This document shows positions 48,759 through 57,842 of a DNA stretch of 64,000 bases, piece by piece. Within the stretch, counting starts at the first letter, position 1. Each line of letters starts with the position of its first letter. The position numbers were made by a program, and so were the translations under genes. The notes under the pieces are model-generated. The model was not told the origin of the DNA. It ran no database searches and saw nothing but the letters and a program-made list of their open reading frames with translations. Origin of the DNA: Oscillospiraceae bacterium (GTDB taxonomy: Bacteria > Bacillota > Clostridia > Oscillospirales > Ruminococcaceae); NCBI GenBank assembly GCA_900768125.1, contig CAAGBS010000024.1:8650-72649 (forward strand). Direction: 5' to 3'.

Positions 48759-50248
48759 TATTTGTTCTCGATATCTTTCTTATTGACGGAAGCAACGCAG
48801 AAATCTATTCTCTCGTCCTCTTCCTCCTCGCTGTTGGAACCTGTCAGACCTATCTCCTTTGTCGGGTCGATTCCATCAACGGCGGTCGCCTGGGCTTCTC
48901 CGGCCGCTGCGCCGGGAACTCTGAAAGTCCTGATATCCAGCGGCTCGATTGAGGTCTCGACCGGCTTCTCAAGCTGCGGGATCCACTCGTAGGGAACGCG
49001 GTAAGCGCGGTATATCATATTGCACTTGAAGTTTCCGCCCATACTCTTGAAGTAGGGGTTGACGTACTCCCAAACTATTTCGTGGTCGGGAGTAACCTCC
49101 AGCAGATGTCCGTCGGAACCCTCGGTTATCAGCGTGTTGCCGTTCGGAAGTCTCTGCGCGGAGCTTATGTATGAGCTGTAAAACTTTGAAGCGTCGGTGA
49201 ACAGGAAGTTTCCGGCTTCCAGCGGCGTGTACTGCCAAGTTATCTCCAGCGTAACCGGATTGAACTGCAGCACTCTGGAATAGTCGCGGTGAGCGTTGTT
49301 CACGCCGGTCAGTGAAGCCGGATTCGGAACGCCGTAGCCGCCCTCGCCTCCGTTATCGAACACCAGCAGGTCTCCCTCGCCGGGAAGTCCCTTGGGTATC
49401 ATGTGCAGGTGGTGCTGACCGATTATCCAGCCGAGCATCTTTGTTGCTTCGCTCTCGTTGAAATCAGGACCTACGCGCCATACTATCTTTCCGGTGGACT
49501 TCTCGATTATGCCGAGAATGTTGGAGTTGCGCGCGTCAAAGATGATGTTATCCGGGTGGAAGCGGGTGTCGCCTGCGTCGTACCACTTGTTTTCGCCGAG
49601 GGTGGAGAAATTGTTGATGTGCATCCAGTCGCCGCCGGCTTCGCCATGAATGCCGGGGTTGCGGAACAGCACGTTCTTTGCGGCTTCGTCAAAGCCCAGT
49701 TCGTCAAAGTGGTCGGAAGCGCGCCAGCTCCAGATGATATTTCCCTCCCAGTCCACTTCGATTATCTTGTCATCAATAAGACGCTTATCGGAAATGTTGT
49801 GATTGTAGAGGTTCTCATGGGTGAGAATCAACGTGTTGCCGCCGTCGGTGCGCGGCTCTCCGCCGGGATAGTAGTAGCCTACGGTGCTTCCCTCGCGCTG
49901 GAAATCATGGTGCTGGCGCGCCATGTATACAGGCTCCTTGCCCGGGTCAGCCACTAACTCGGTCTTGTCGAACTTCCACACGATGTGACCGTCCCAGTCC
50001 ACCTGGACTAAATCAAGCTGATCCTGGAACGCATACTTGCCGCCGCGTACTCCCGTGGAACCCATAACGTAGCCGCCGGGAAGTATCTTGTTCGGGAATC
50101 CTCCCAGACCCGCCCAGAGTTTGACTTCGTTACCGTTCATGTCGATGAGCAGCGCGCCCTTTGTGGACGGGAAAACCGTGTAGCCGCCGTACGCCTTGTC
50201 CTTATTGAAAATTGTAACTCCCGTAGGAAAAATGCTCGGATAACCCAT
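48758..50248 (-). CDS. Aryl-sulfate sulfotransferase (ASST)-like protein, no signal peptide
   Basis: RQHHDF, DWMHINN, GQHH, VFDNG, YSRVLQF, SSAQRLPNGNTLITEG, IVWEY. Confidence 0.85.
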   Translation of the reverse strand: MGYPSIFPTGVTIFNKDKAYGGYTVFPSTKGALLIDMNGNEVKLWAGLGGFPNKILPGGYVMGSTGVRGGKYAFQDQLDLVQVDWDGHIVWKFDKTELVADPGKEPVYMARQHHDFQREGSTVGYYYPGGEPRTDGGNTLILTHENLYNHNISDKRLIDDKIIEVDWEGNIIWSWRASDHFDELGFDEAAKNVLFRNPGIHGEAGGDWMHINNFSTLGENKWYDAGDTRFHPDNIIFDARNSNILGIIEKSTGKIVWRVGPDFNESEATKMLGWIIGQHHLHMIPKGLPGEGDLLVFDNGGEGGYGVPNPASLTGVNNAHRDYSRVLQFNPVTLEITWQYTPLEAGNFLFTDASKFYSSYISSAQRLPNGNTLITEGSDGHLLEVTPDHEIVWEYVNPYFKSMGGNFKCNMIYRAYRVPYEWIPQLEKPVETSIEPLDIRTFRVPGAAAGEAQATAVDGIDPTKEIGLTGSNSEEEEDERIDFCVASVNKKDIENK

Positions 50249-50264
50249 TGTAATTTCCTCCTTA

Positions 50265-51308
50265 TTACTGATTTACACTTGAAAGGTCAACGTCTGTGTT
50301 CTCGGGGAAAGACTTTTCCGCCGCGTCCCTGAAATAGAACTGCCTGATGTTGTACTCGGCAGGGAACTTATTGTGTTCAAACGCCCAAGCATTTACATTG
50401 TCGAGGTTCTTTGCGCCCTCCTCGGAAAGACCGAACCGTATATCGTACTGCGCCCAGTTGGACCTGAAGATCTCCTCGTCAACGCCGAAACGCTCTGCTA
50501 TCGCCTTTGCGGATTCATCGAGGTGGTCGTTGAGATACTGCACGCTCTCGTTCAGCGCGGTCAGATAATCCGCGAGGAGGTCGGTGTTTGCCTGCGCGAA
50601 ATCCTTTGTGGTGATGAGGTAAGCGGAGATGTGGATATTCACATCTTTTGCGTCAGCCGCCTTTACCCAGCCAAATTCCTCCACCTTGTCAGCCTGGGAG
50701 CCGCTCGCAACGATAGCGGAAGCGCCGCCGTTCTGAACCAGCGCCAGCGTAGTCGAAGAATCACTTGCCTGCACCGTCTTCTGAGTATCCGGGTCAAGAC
50801 CGAGATATGTCTGCGCCTGCCAGTTGTAGTACTCTGCGACCGTGCCGATGTTGGTTATCCAGCCGGCGCTGTCGGCGAGCTTTGAGAGGTCGTCGGCGTA
50901 TTCCGGCGCAACGTAGATACCGCCGGAAGTGGTCGTGCTGGAGGAAAGGTCCGAGAATATCACAAGGTTAGTCGCTTCAAGCGTGTTGCCGAAGCGGTTT
51001 ACCGCTGCGAAATCGGCGAGAAGTCCGGTGTCTGCGGTGCCGGTCACGATGGAATCCACAGTGTTTATGCCTGCGACAAATTCGGTGGTCTGGAGGTTTA
51101 TCCCGTGCTTCTCGAAAATGCCCTGCTGCTGACCGATGAAGTCTGCGTACTGGTCGGGCTGACCGGTCATGTTCGCAACGCGGAGAGTTCTCAGCCCGTT
51201 TTCGCCGGAGGAAGCAGCAGAGCTTCCGGAATTGCCGGAGCACGCGGTCAGCAGGGAAAGTCCGAGCGCCGCCGCTGTTACTGTTTTGATAAAGTTATGT
51301 ATTTTCAT
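50265..51308 (-). CDS. ABC substrate-binding lipoprotein (SsuA/TauA/NMT1-like)
   Basis: Lipobox LTAC; GIFEKHGI; operon context. Confidence 0.8.
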   Translation of the reverse strand: MKIHNFIKTVTAAALGLSLLTACSGNSGSSAASSGENGLRTLRVANMTGQPDQYADFIGQQQGIFEKHGINLQTTEFVAGINTVDSIVTGTADTGLLADFAAVNRFGNTLEATNLVIFSDLSSSTTTSGGIYVAPEYADDLSKLADSAGWITNIGTVAEYYNWQAQTYLGLDPDTQKTVQASDSSTTLALVQNGGASAIVASGSQADKVEEFGWVKAADAKDVNIHISAYLITTKDFAQANTDLLADYLTALNESVQYLNDHLDESAKAIAERFGVDEEIFRSNWAQYDIRFGLSEEGAKNLDNVNAWAFEHNKFPAEYNIRQFYFRDAAEKSFPENTDVDLSSVNQ

Positions 51309-51325
51309 TGTAGTATCTCCTTTTT

Positions 51326-52105
51326 TTACTTAACGCCGAAATGCTTTAAGAATTTCTTTCCGGCGAGCTGTAGCAGTCTGTCCGCAGCGAACCCGATGAC
51401 CGCGAGGGTGACGATGCCGGCGAACGCCCAACTTGTTTTGTAGTATAGCTTAGAGCTGTTGATGAGGTAGCCCAGACCGTCGCTGCCGACCAGCATTTCC
51501 GCCGCGATGACGCATATGAAAGCAGAGCTGAGTCCCAGCCTTACGCCGGTGTAGATATTCGATACCGCCGACGGAACGACAACGGTGAAGAATGTACGCG
51601 CTTTCTTAGCGCCCATGCAGGAAGCCGCCTCCACAAGCGAACGGTCGGTCGTTGCAACGCCCGCGATGGTATTCACTAATACCGGGAAGAACGAAGCGTA
51701 GAATATCAGCGCGACCTTGGATTCCTCGCCGACGCCGAACCACATCAGGAACAGAGTAGTCAGTGCGATCGCCGGAACAAACCGGAAGAAGCTGAGTATC
51801 GGCTCTACCAGCCAGCGCACCGGGCGGAAGTTTCCGACCAGCAGTCCCATCGGAACTGCGAAGACGATCGCAAGCAGCCAGCCCTTGATAACTCTGCCGA
51901 AACTTGCCGCGATATCCGCCCACAGCGTGCCGTTCTGTATCAGCTGAACAAGGCTGTTCAGCGTTTCAAGCGGGCTGGGGAGGAAGTACTCGTCATAGCC
52001 CAGGGAGCCAAGCCCCCATATCGCAAGTATGATTATCCAGGAGATTACTCCGCTGCGGAGTATCTTCTGCCAAACGCCTGAGGGCGCTTTGTTATTGTTG
52101 TCCAT
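51326..52105 (-). CDS. ABC permease (SsuC/TauC-like)
   Basis: LPSP, ASFGRV, WFGVGE, LVEAASCMGA, AEML...GLGY. Confidence 0.9.
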   Translation of the reverse strand: MDNNNKAPSGVWQKILRSGVISWIIILAIWGLGSLGYDEYFLPSPLETLNSLVQLIQNGTLWADIAASFGRVIKGWLLAIVFAVPMGLLVGNFRPVRWLVEPILSFFRFVPAIALTTLFLMWFGVGEESKVALIFYASFFPVLVNTIAGVATTDRSLVEAASCMGAKKARTFFTVVVPSAVSNIYTGVRLGLSSAFICVIAAEMLVGSDGLGYLINSSKLYYKTSWAFAGIVTLAVIGFAADRLLQLAGKKFLKHFGVK

Positions 52106-52117
52106 TTCGCGTCCTCC

Positions 52118-53176
52118 TTAGATGTAGTAAACGTCGGATACGTCCAGCGCCTTGTTTACGATTATGGAAGTGCTGTCGTTATCGACTGTGTAAAGCTTCT
52201 TTATGAATATCTTCACATTATCGCCTTTTTTGAGCCTTGGCGAACTCAGCGGGTAACGTCCGGTGACTGAGATATCCCCGATGGAAGCCCGAACCTCGAA
52301 AGCGTTTCCGCGGAACGAAACGTCCTGCACAACGGCGCTTTCCATTGCGGATTCGAACTGGTGATAACCGCTGTCCTCGAATTTGTTTATCTCGATGAAC
52401 TCCGGACGGATAAGCGCCTTTCCGCCTCCCGTGAAGCCTTTCAGCCTGCCGAAGTCCTCTATCATCACCGACTGCCCGATGAACTGGGCAACGAATGCGG
52501 TAGCGGGTTCAAGATAGATCTCGGACGGGCTTCCGACCTGCTCTACCCTGCCGTTGTTGGTGATGACTATTTCGTCCGCCACCTCGATAGCTTCGTCCTG
52601 GTCGTGGGTGACGAATATGCTTGTTATCCCGATCTTGTCGATCGTCTCGCGGAGCCAGGTGCGAAGCTCCTTGCGGACTTTCGCGTCTATGGCTGCGAAC
52701 GGCTCGTCCAGCAGGAGCAGTTCCGGCTGCGGTGCGAGCGCCCTCGCGAGTGCTATCCTCTGCCGCTGACCGCCGCTCAGCTGGTCGGGGTAGCGCTTCC
52801 CTACGTCCGGGAGACCTACCAGTTCCAACAGTTCATTGACGCGTTCGTTGATGAACTTCTTGTCCTTTTTCTGGACTTTCAGCCCGTAGGCGATGTTTGA
52901 ACTTACCGTCATGAACGGGAAAAGCGCGTAATTCTGGAACACGAAACCTATCCCACGCTCGCTTGCCGGGACTGTATTCACGTTCCTGCCGTTTATCAGG
53001 ATATCGCCGCTGTCCTGCTTTTCAAGACCCGCCAGCATGCGGAGTATCGTTGTCTTTCCGCTGCCGCTGGGTCCCAGCAGTCCGATCAGCTTTCCTTTTT
53101 CCAGCCCGAAGCTTACGTTGTCAGAAGCCTTGAAGCTGCCGAAGCTTTTGTTGATGTTTTTCAGTTCTATGTACAT
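52118..53176 (-). CDS. cysA: Sulfate/thiosulfate-type ABC ATP-binding protein (CysA-like)
   Basis: [51 protein letters not shown]. Confidence 0.8.
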   Translation of the reverse strand: MYIELKNINKSFGSFKASDNVSFGLEKGKLIGLLGPSGSGKTTILRMLAGLEKQDSGDILINGRNVNTVPASERGIGFVFQNYALFPFMTVSSNIAYGLKVQKKDKKFINERVNELLELVGLPDVGKRYPDQLSGGQRQRIALARALAPQPELLLLDEPFAAIDAKVRKELRTWLRETIDKIGITSIFVTHDQDEAIEVADEIVITNNGRVEQVGSPSEIYLEPATAFVAQFIGQSVMIEDFGRLKGFTGGGKALIRPEFIEINKFEDSGYHQFESAMESAVVQDVSFRGNAFEVRASIGDISVTGRYPLSSPRLKKGDNVKIFIKKLYTVDNDSTSIIVNKALDVSDVYYI

Positions 53177-53215
53177 CTGTGTATCTCCTTATAGATTTGA
53201 CCCGTTGTTATGGTA

Positions 53216-53269
53216 TCAGGTACACATTCGACATCGGAAGAAGCGGCAGATGAGATAGTAGTTTTTCAT
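53216..53269 (-). CDS. Putative Cys-rich leader peptide MKNYYLICRFFRCRMCT
   Basis: 17 codons, GAGGT RBS 6 nt upstream, 3 Cys; lies between the promoter and cysA. Confidence 0.65.
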   Translation of the reverse strand: MKNYYLICRFFRCRMCT

Positions 53270-53295
53270 AAAATTACCTCTGTATTCATACTAAG

Positions 53296-53492
53296 TCTAT
53301 CAACTTGATATGTTTTGTTTATTATAACCTCATCGACTGCATTTGTCAACAGGTTTTTTTCGATTTGTAGCATAATACACAATTCACGGCGATACTACGG
53401 AAAAATTTAGCTATATTCAACATTTTGCAAAATCCCGCTTGACAAAAGCCCCGAAAAGTGGTATCATTAGTAAAACCTATCAATCGGATAGG
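53296..53492. promoter_or_regulatory. Divergent SigA promoters with operator-like boxes
   Basis: Minus TTGACA-17-TATAAT (53349-53321) with box 53296-53312; plus TTGACA-17-TATCAT (53439-53467) with perfect CCTAT-N7-ATAGG at 53476-53492. Confidence 0.8.
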
Positions 53493-53526
53493 AAACATAG
53501 ACATTCACCACAGGAGGATCTGAAAT

Positions 53527-53841
53527 ATGTTTACTGAACTCACAAATCAGAACTACAGCGAAATTTTTTCAACCGAAAAACCGCTGGTTGTTGAATTTTA
53601 TTCCCCGACCTGCGCACACTGCAAGCGCACCGAAGCAGGTCTCGCCGAGGCAGCCGAGGAACAGGGCGAAAACGCCGTGATCGCGAAGTGCGACATCACA
53701 GCTGAACCCGCTCTGGCTCAGCGGTATGATGTCACCCAGCTTCCCACGCTGCTCTTTATAAAGAACGGCGATATCCGCGAGAAGCTGACCGGCTTCACCC
53801 ACAAGCTCATCATCGCTGAGAACATCAAGAAGCTGAAATGA
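53527..53841 (+). CDS. Thioredoxin family protein (CAHC)
   Basis: VVEFYSPTCAHCK, cis-Pro LPTLLF. Confidence 0.88.
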   Translation: MFTELTNQNYSEIFSTEKPLVVEFYSPTCAHCKRTEAGLAEAAEEQGENAVIAKCDITAEPALAQRYDVTQLPTLLFIKNGDIREKLTGFTHKLIIAENIKKLK

Positions 53842-53885
53842 TCCAGCCGGACTGGCGGCGGGATAACCTCCCGCCGGGTGTTCAG

Positions 53886-54785
53886 TCAGCGCTGTGAGAG
53901 ATATTTTTCCGCAGAATTGACCGCGTTCGCGCCGTCCGCAGCGGCTGTTATCACCTGCCGCAGCGGAGTTGTGCGGACGTCCCCCGCCGCGAAAATTCCC
54001 GGCGCTGAGGTCACGCAGTCCTCGCCAGCGACAACGTAGCCGGACTTATCCAGTTCGCACACGCCTTTCAGCGGCGCGGTTCCCGGAACGCTTCCGATCG
54101 CCGCGAAGATACCGTCAACATCAAGGTGCTTTTCAGCGCCGCCCTGGGTGTAATTGATGCCGTCAGCCTTGGCTTCCCCGGTAACCTCCGTCAGCACCGC
54201 GCCCAGCACGGGAACGATGTTAGCGGTCTCGCCGACCTGCTTCTGCAGGGTCTTGTTGGCGCGGAACTCATCGCGGCGGTGGACGAGGTACACGGTCTTC
54301 GCGAGCTTTGAGAGGTACAGCGCGTCTCCGAGCGCGGTGTCTCCCCCGCCGATGACTGCAACGGTCTTTTCCTTATAAAAGAAGCCGTCGCACACCGCGC
54401 AGTAGGAAATGCGCTCCTTGTCGCCGCCGGGAACTCCGAGCTTACGGTGGGACGCTCCTGCGGCGTAGATAACCGCTTTCGCCGTCCGGGAAGTCCCGTC
54501 TGCGAAGTTCACGCGCCAGTTCTCGCCGTCCCTTTCGATGGCGGCGACTTCCGCGTCCAGAAACTCGGCGCCCAGCGCTTCCGCATGGCTGCGGAACTTC
54601 TCGCCGAGGTCGTAGCCGCTCACGCCGTAAAGTCCCGGGTAGTTGTCCACACGCTCGGTGACAGCTATCTGACCGGTGCTCATATAGTCCTTTTCTATCA
54701 CTGCCAGCGAAAGCTGTGCACGCTTGCCGTAGATCGCAGCGGACAGCCCCGCAGGACCGCTTCCTATTATCAGTATATCGTACAT
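53886..54785 (-). CDS. trxB: Thioredoxin reductase-like FAD oxidoreductase
   Basis: IGSGPAGLSAA, SYCAVCDG, VIGGGDTA, GIFAAGDV. Confidence 0.88.
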   Translation of the reverse strand: MYDILIIGSGPAGLSAAIYGKRAQLSLAVIEKDYMSTGQIAVTERVDNYPGLYGVSGYDLGEKFRSHAEALGAEFLDAEVAAIERDGENWRVNFADGTSRTAKAVIYAAGASHRKLGVPGGDKERISYCAVCDGFFYKEKTVAVIGGGDTALGDALYLSKLAKTVYLVHRRDEFRANKTLQKQVGETANIVPVLGAVLTEVTGEAKADGINYTQGGAEKHLDVDGIFAAIGSVPGTAPLKGVCELDKSGYVVAGEDCVTSAPGIFAAGDVRTTPLRQVITAAADGANAVNSAEKYLSQR

Positions 54786-54807
54786 TTTGTCCTCCTCGTT
54801 TACAAAA

Positions 54808-54946
54808 CCTATCTGATTACTTGTTATTTTATATTATTATTCCCCGTTTGTCAAGAGATATAATTTATTTATAACCGGCAATAGAAATTCTGAATAGGTA
54901 AATAAATACAAAACCTATTGACATGATATGCTTTGCGGTGTATAAT
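54808..54946. promoter_or_regulatory. Divergent SigA promoters with operator-like boxes
   Basis: Minus TTGACA-17-TAAAAT (54854-54826) with half-box 54808-54824; plus TTGACA-17-TATAAT (54918-54946) overlapped by box 54914-54930. Confidence 0.75.
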
Positions 54947-54979
54947 AGGGAACATAAACAAACGGTATGGAGTGATAAT

Positions 54980-56206
54980 ATGAATTTCAACACAAAGCTG
55001 CTTCACGGCGGCTTCAGGCAGGACGCTGCGACCGGCTCCACGCTGGCACCGATATATCAGGTCAGCGCGTTCGCGCATGAGAGCGCGGAAAAGCTGGAAG
55101 CGGTATTCAACAGCCGCGCGCCCGGATTTGCGTACACGCGTATCAGCAACCCGACAGTAGCAAGCTTTGAGAACCGCATGAACGCCTTGGAAAAGGGGCT
55201 TGGCGCTGTAGCCTGTTCCTCGGGAATGGCGGCGGTCACTCTTTCGATGCTGAATATTCTTGAAGCAGGAGATGAGGTGATAGCCGGCGCTGGGCTGTTC
55301 GGCGGAACGATAGACCTCTTTGTCGACCTGAAAGCATTCGGCATAACAACGCGATTTGCAGAGCATGTCACTGCCGAGGACATTCTCCCGCTGATAAACG
55401 AGAAGACCAGGGCGGTGTTCGCAGAGCTTATCGGCAATCCGGGACTGGAGATAGTCGATCTGAAAGCGGTCTCGGTGCTGTGCCGCGAGCACGGTATACC
55501 GCTTATAATAGACAGCACCACCGCAACTCCGTACCTGATAAATCCGTTCGAATTTGGCGCGGATATCGTGGTGCACTCCACTTCGAAATACATAAACGGC
55601 GGCGGAAACTCGATAAGCGGCGTGATAATCGACAGCGGAAAATTCCCCTGGGATTTTGAAAAGCACACCGCGCTTGCGGAATACAAAAAGATGGGCAAAC
55701 TCGCGTACCTCGCGAAGCTGCGCGGCGGGCTGTGGCGAAATGTAGGCGCGTGTCTGGCTCCGATGAACGCATTCATGAACTCGGTCGGAATGGAGACCCT
55801 CGGTCTTCGAATGGAGCGCTGCTGCGAAAATGCGCTGGCGCTGGCGGAGTTCTTCCGTGACACTGACGGCGTGGAGCCTAACTACCCGGCGCTCCCGGAC
55901 AACACGTATCACGCGCTGTGCGAAAGCCAGCTGAAAGGTAAAGGCGGCGCGATACTTACCATAAGGGCTGGCAGCAAGGAGCGCGCATTCAGGCTGATAA
56001 ACGGACTGAAACTCGCCACCAACGCAACGAACATAGGCGATGTCCGCACGCTGGTGATACACCCCTCCAGCACGATTTACGCCCACAGCAGCGAAAAGCA
56101 GAAGCAGACAGCCGGCGTTTTTGAAGACACTATAAGAATAAGCGTCGGAATTGAAGATAAAGAAGACCTCATCTCCGATTTCAGACAGGCGATAGAGGCG
56201 CTGTAA
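54980..56206 (+). CDS. O-acetylhomoserine sulfhydrylase-like PLP enzyme (MetY/MetZ family)
   Basis: YTRISNPT, SSGMAA, VHSTSKYI (PLP Lys), NIGDVRTLVIHP, RISVGIE. Confidence 0.88.
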   Translation: MNFNTKLLHGGFRQDAATGSTLAPIYQVSAFAHESAEKLEAVFNSRAPGFAYTRISNPTVASFENRMNALEKGLGAVACSSGMAAVTLSMLNILEAGDEVIAGAGLFGGTIDLFVDLKAFGITTRFAEHVTAEDILPLINEKTRAVFAELIGNPGLEIVDLKAVSVLCREHGIPLIIDSTTATPYLINPFEFGADIVVHSTSKYINGGGNSISGVIIDSGKFPWDFEKHTALAEYKKMGKLAYLAKLRGGLWRNVGACLAPMNAFMNSVGMETLGLRMERCCENALALAEFFRDTDGVEPNYPALPDNTYHALCESQLKGKGGAILTIRAGSKERAFRLINGLKLATNATNIGDVRTLVIHPSSTIYAHSSEKQKQTAGVFEDTIRISVGIEDKEDLISDFRQAIEAL

Positions 56207-56217
56207 GGAGAATCAGT

Positions 56218-57081
56218 ATGGCAACAGATTATGCTACCCTCAAAAAAGGCGGATTTATGCGCCAGAAGCAGAAGAACAACTTTTCCATCCGCCTGCGCGT
56301 GGTAGGCGGAAACCTCACCGCGAAGCAGCTTGCCGCTATCGCGGAGGTATCCGATAAATTCGGCGACGGCCACGTCCACCTGACCTCCCGCCAGAGCGTG
56401 GAAATACCGTTCATCAAGCTGGACGACATCGAGGAAGTCAAGGCGGCGCTCGCGCAGGGCGACGTTGAACCGGGCGTATGCGGACCCAGAGTGCGCACCA
56501 TCACCGCCTGTCAGGGCGAAGCGATATGCCCCAGCGGCTGTATCGACACCTACGCCCTCGCAAAGGAACTGGACGACCGCTATTTCGCACGGGAGCTTCC
56601 GCACAAGTTCAAGTTCGGCATAACCGGCTGCCAGAACAACTGCCTGAAAGCTGAGGAAAACGACCTCGGTATCAAGGGCGGCATTCAGGTAAAGTGGAAG
56701 GAAGACGCGTGCATAGGCTGCGGAGTCTGCGAGAAGGCATGCCGCCAGAATGCGATAAGCATAACAGACGGAAAGGTCAGCGTTGACTACGACAAGTGCA
56801 ACTTCTGCGGACGCTGCTTCAAGGCTTGTCCCACTGAAGCATGGGATACCGTGCACGGCTATATAGTTTCATTCGGAGGACTTTTCGGCAACAGCATAAA
56901 CAAGGGAGAAGCGATAATCCCGTTCATCGAGGACAAGGAAAAGCTGATGAAGATATGCGACGCGGCTATAGTGTTCTTCGAGCAGAACGCAAAGTCCGGC
57001 GAGCGGTTCAAGTTCACCATCGACCGCGTAGGCAGGGAGAAATTCGAACAGGTTATCAAGGAGGCTTACAGCAATGGCTGA
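56218..57081 (+). CDS. Siroheme sulfite reductase-like protein with ferredoxin domain
   Basis: TSRQSVEI, ACQGEAIC and GCQNNC siroheme/Fe-S ligands, CIGCGVC and CNFCGRC ferredoxin motifs. Confidence 0.85.
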   Translation: MATDYATLKKGGFMRQKQKNNFSIRLRVVGGNLTAKQLAAIAEVSDKFGDGHVHLTSRQSVEIPFIKLDDIEEVKAALAQGDVEPGVCGPRVRTITACQGEAICPSGCIDTYALAKELDDRYFARELPHKFKFGITGCQNNCLKAEENDLGIKGGIQVKWKEDACIGCGVCEKACRQNAISITDGKVSVDYDKCNFCGRCFKACPTEAWDTVHGYIVSFGGLFGNSINKGEAIIPFIEDKEKLMKICDAAIVFFEQNAKSGERFKFTIDRVGREKFEQVIKEAYSNG

Positions 57082-57319
57082 TTACAATATCGACGATACC
57101 GTAGACATAACCGACGTAGTGTGCCCCACGACTTTCGTAAAGGCAAAGGTGGCGCTGGAGGAGCTTGGCGAGGGACAGATACTCTCCATCAGAATGAACG
57201 ACGGCGAGCCTGTGCAGAACGTTCCCCGCAGCATCAAGGAAGAGGGTCACAAGATACTGAAACTCATCAACAACGAGGACGGCACCTACGACCTCATCGT
57301 GGAAAAGGTGGGCGACTAA
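57074..57319 (+). CDS. TusA/SirA family sulfur carrier
   Basis: DITDVVCPTTFVKAK, 81 aa. Confidence 0.88.
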   Translation: MADYNIDDTVDITDVVCPTTFVKAKVALEELGEGQILSIRMNDGEPVQNVPRSIKEEGHKILKLINNEDGTYDLIVEKVGD

Positions 57320-57624
57320 TGGCTGTAAAATCAACGAACGAAAGTTTCCCGCAGGACATCGCGCAGGGACTGGTGCTGGCGGATTTCTACTCCGATTCCT
57401 GCATTCCCTGCAAGAGAATGTCCCCGGTACTGGCGGAGCTTGAGAAGGAAAATCCCGAAGTTAAGCTGGTGAAGCTCAACATAAATTTCGGCGCTGAGAC
57501 AGCCGCAAAATATGAGGTCGCCTCAGTTCCCACGCTGGTTTTCTTCAGGGACGGCAGCGAGGTGCAGAGGATAAGCGGCGCAGTCAGGAAAGCGCAGATA
57601 GAAGAAATATTAAAGACGATATAA
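57319..57624 (+). CDS. Thioredoxin family protein (CIPC)
   Basis: LADFYSDSCIPCKRM, SVPTL; TAATG overlap with the previous gene. Confidence 0.88.
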   Translation: MAVKSTNESFPQDIAQGLVLADFYSDSCIPCKRMSPVLAELEKENPEVKLVKLNINFGAETAAKYEVASVPTLVFFRDGSEVQRISGAVRKAQIEEILKTI

Positions 57625-57635
57625 GGAGTACAACT

Positions 57636-57842
57636 ATGACTATCACAGTAACAGGCGTAAAGAAAGAAGCAGCAGACGGACTGACCCTCGCACAGCTGGT
57701 CGTTGACGAAAGGGTGGAGACCCCCGAGTATGTCACCGCAAGCGTTAACGATGATTTCGTATCCTCCAGCAGCTTTGAAGACACAGTCCTCAAGGACGGA
57801 GACAACGTAGAGTTCATCTATTTCATGGGAGGCGGTCAGTAA
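57636..57842 (+). CDS. ThiS/HcyS-like sulfur carrier with capped C-terminus (GGG-Q)
   Basis: 68-aa ubiquitin-like pattern, LKDGDNVEFIYFMGGGQ. Confidence 0.9.
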   Translation: MTITVTGVKKEAADGLTLAQLVVDERVETPEYVTASVNDDFVSSSSFEDTVLKDGDNVEFIYFMGGGQ

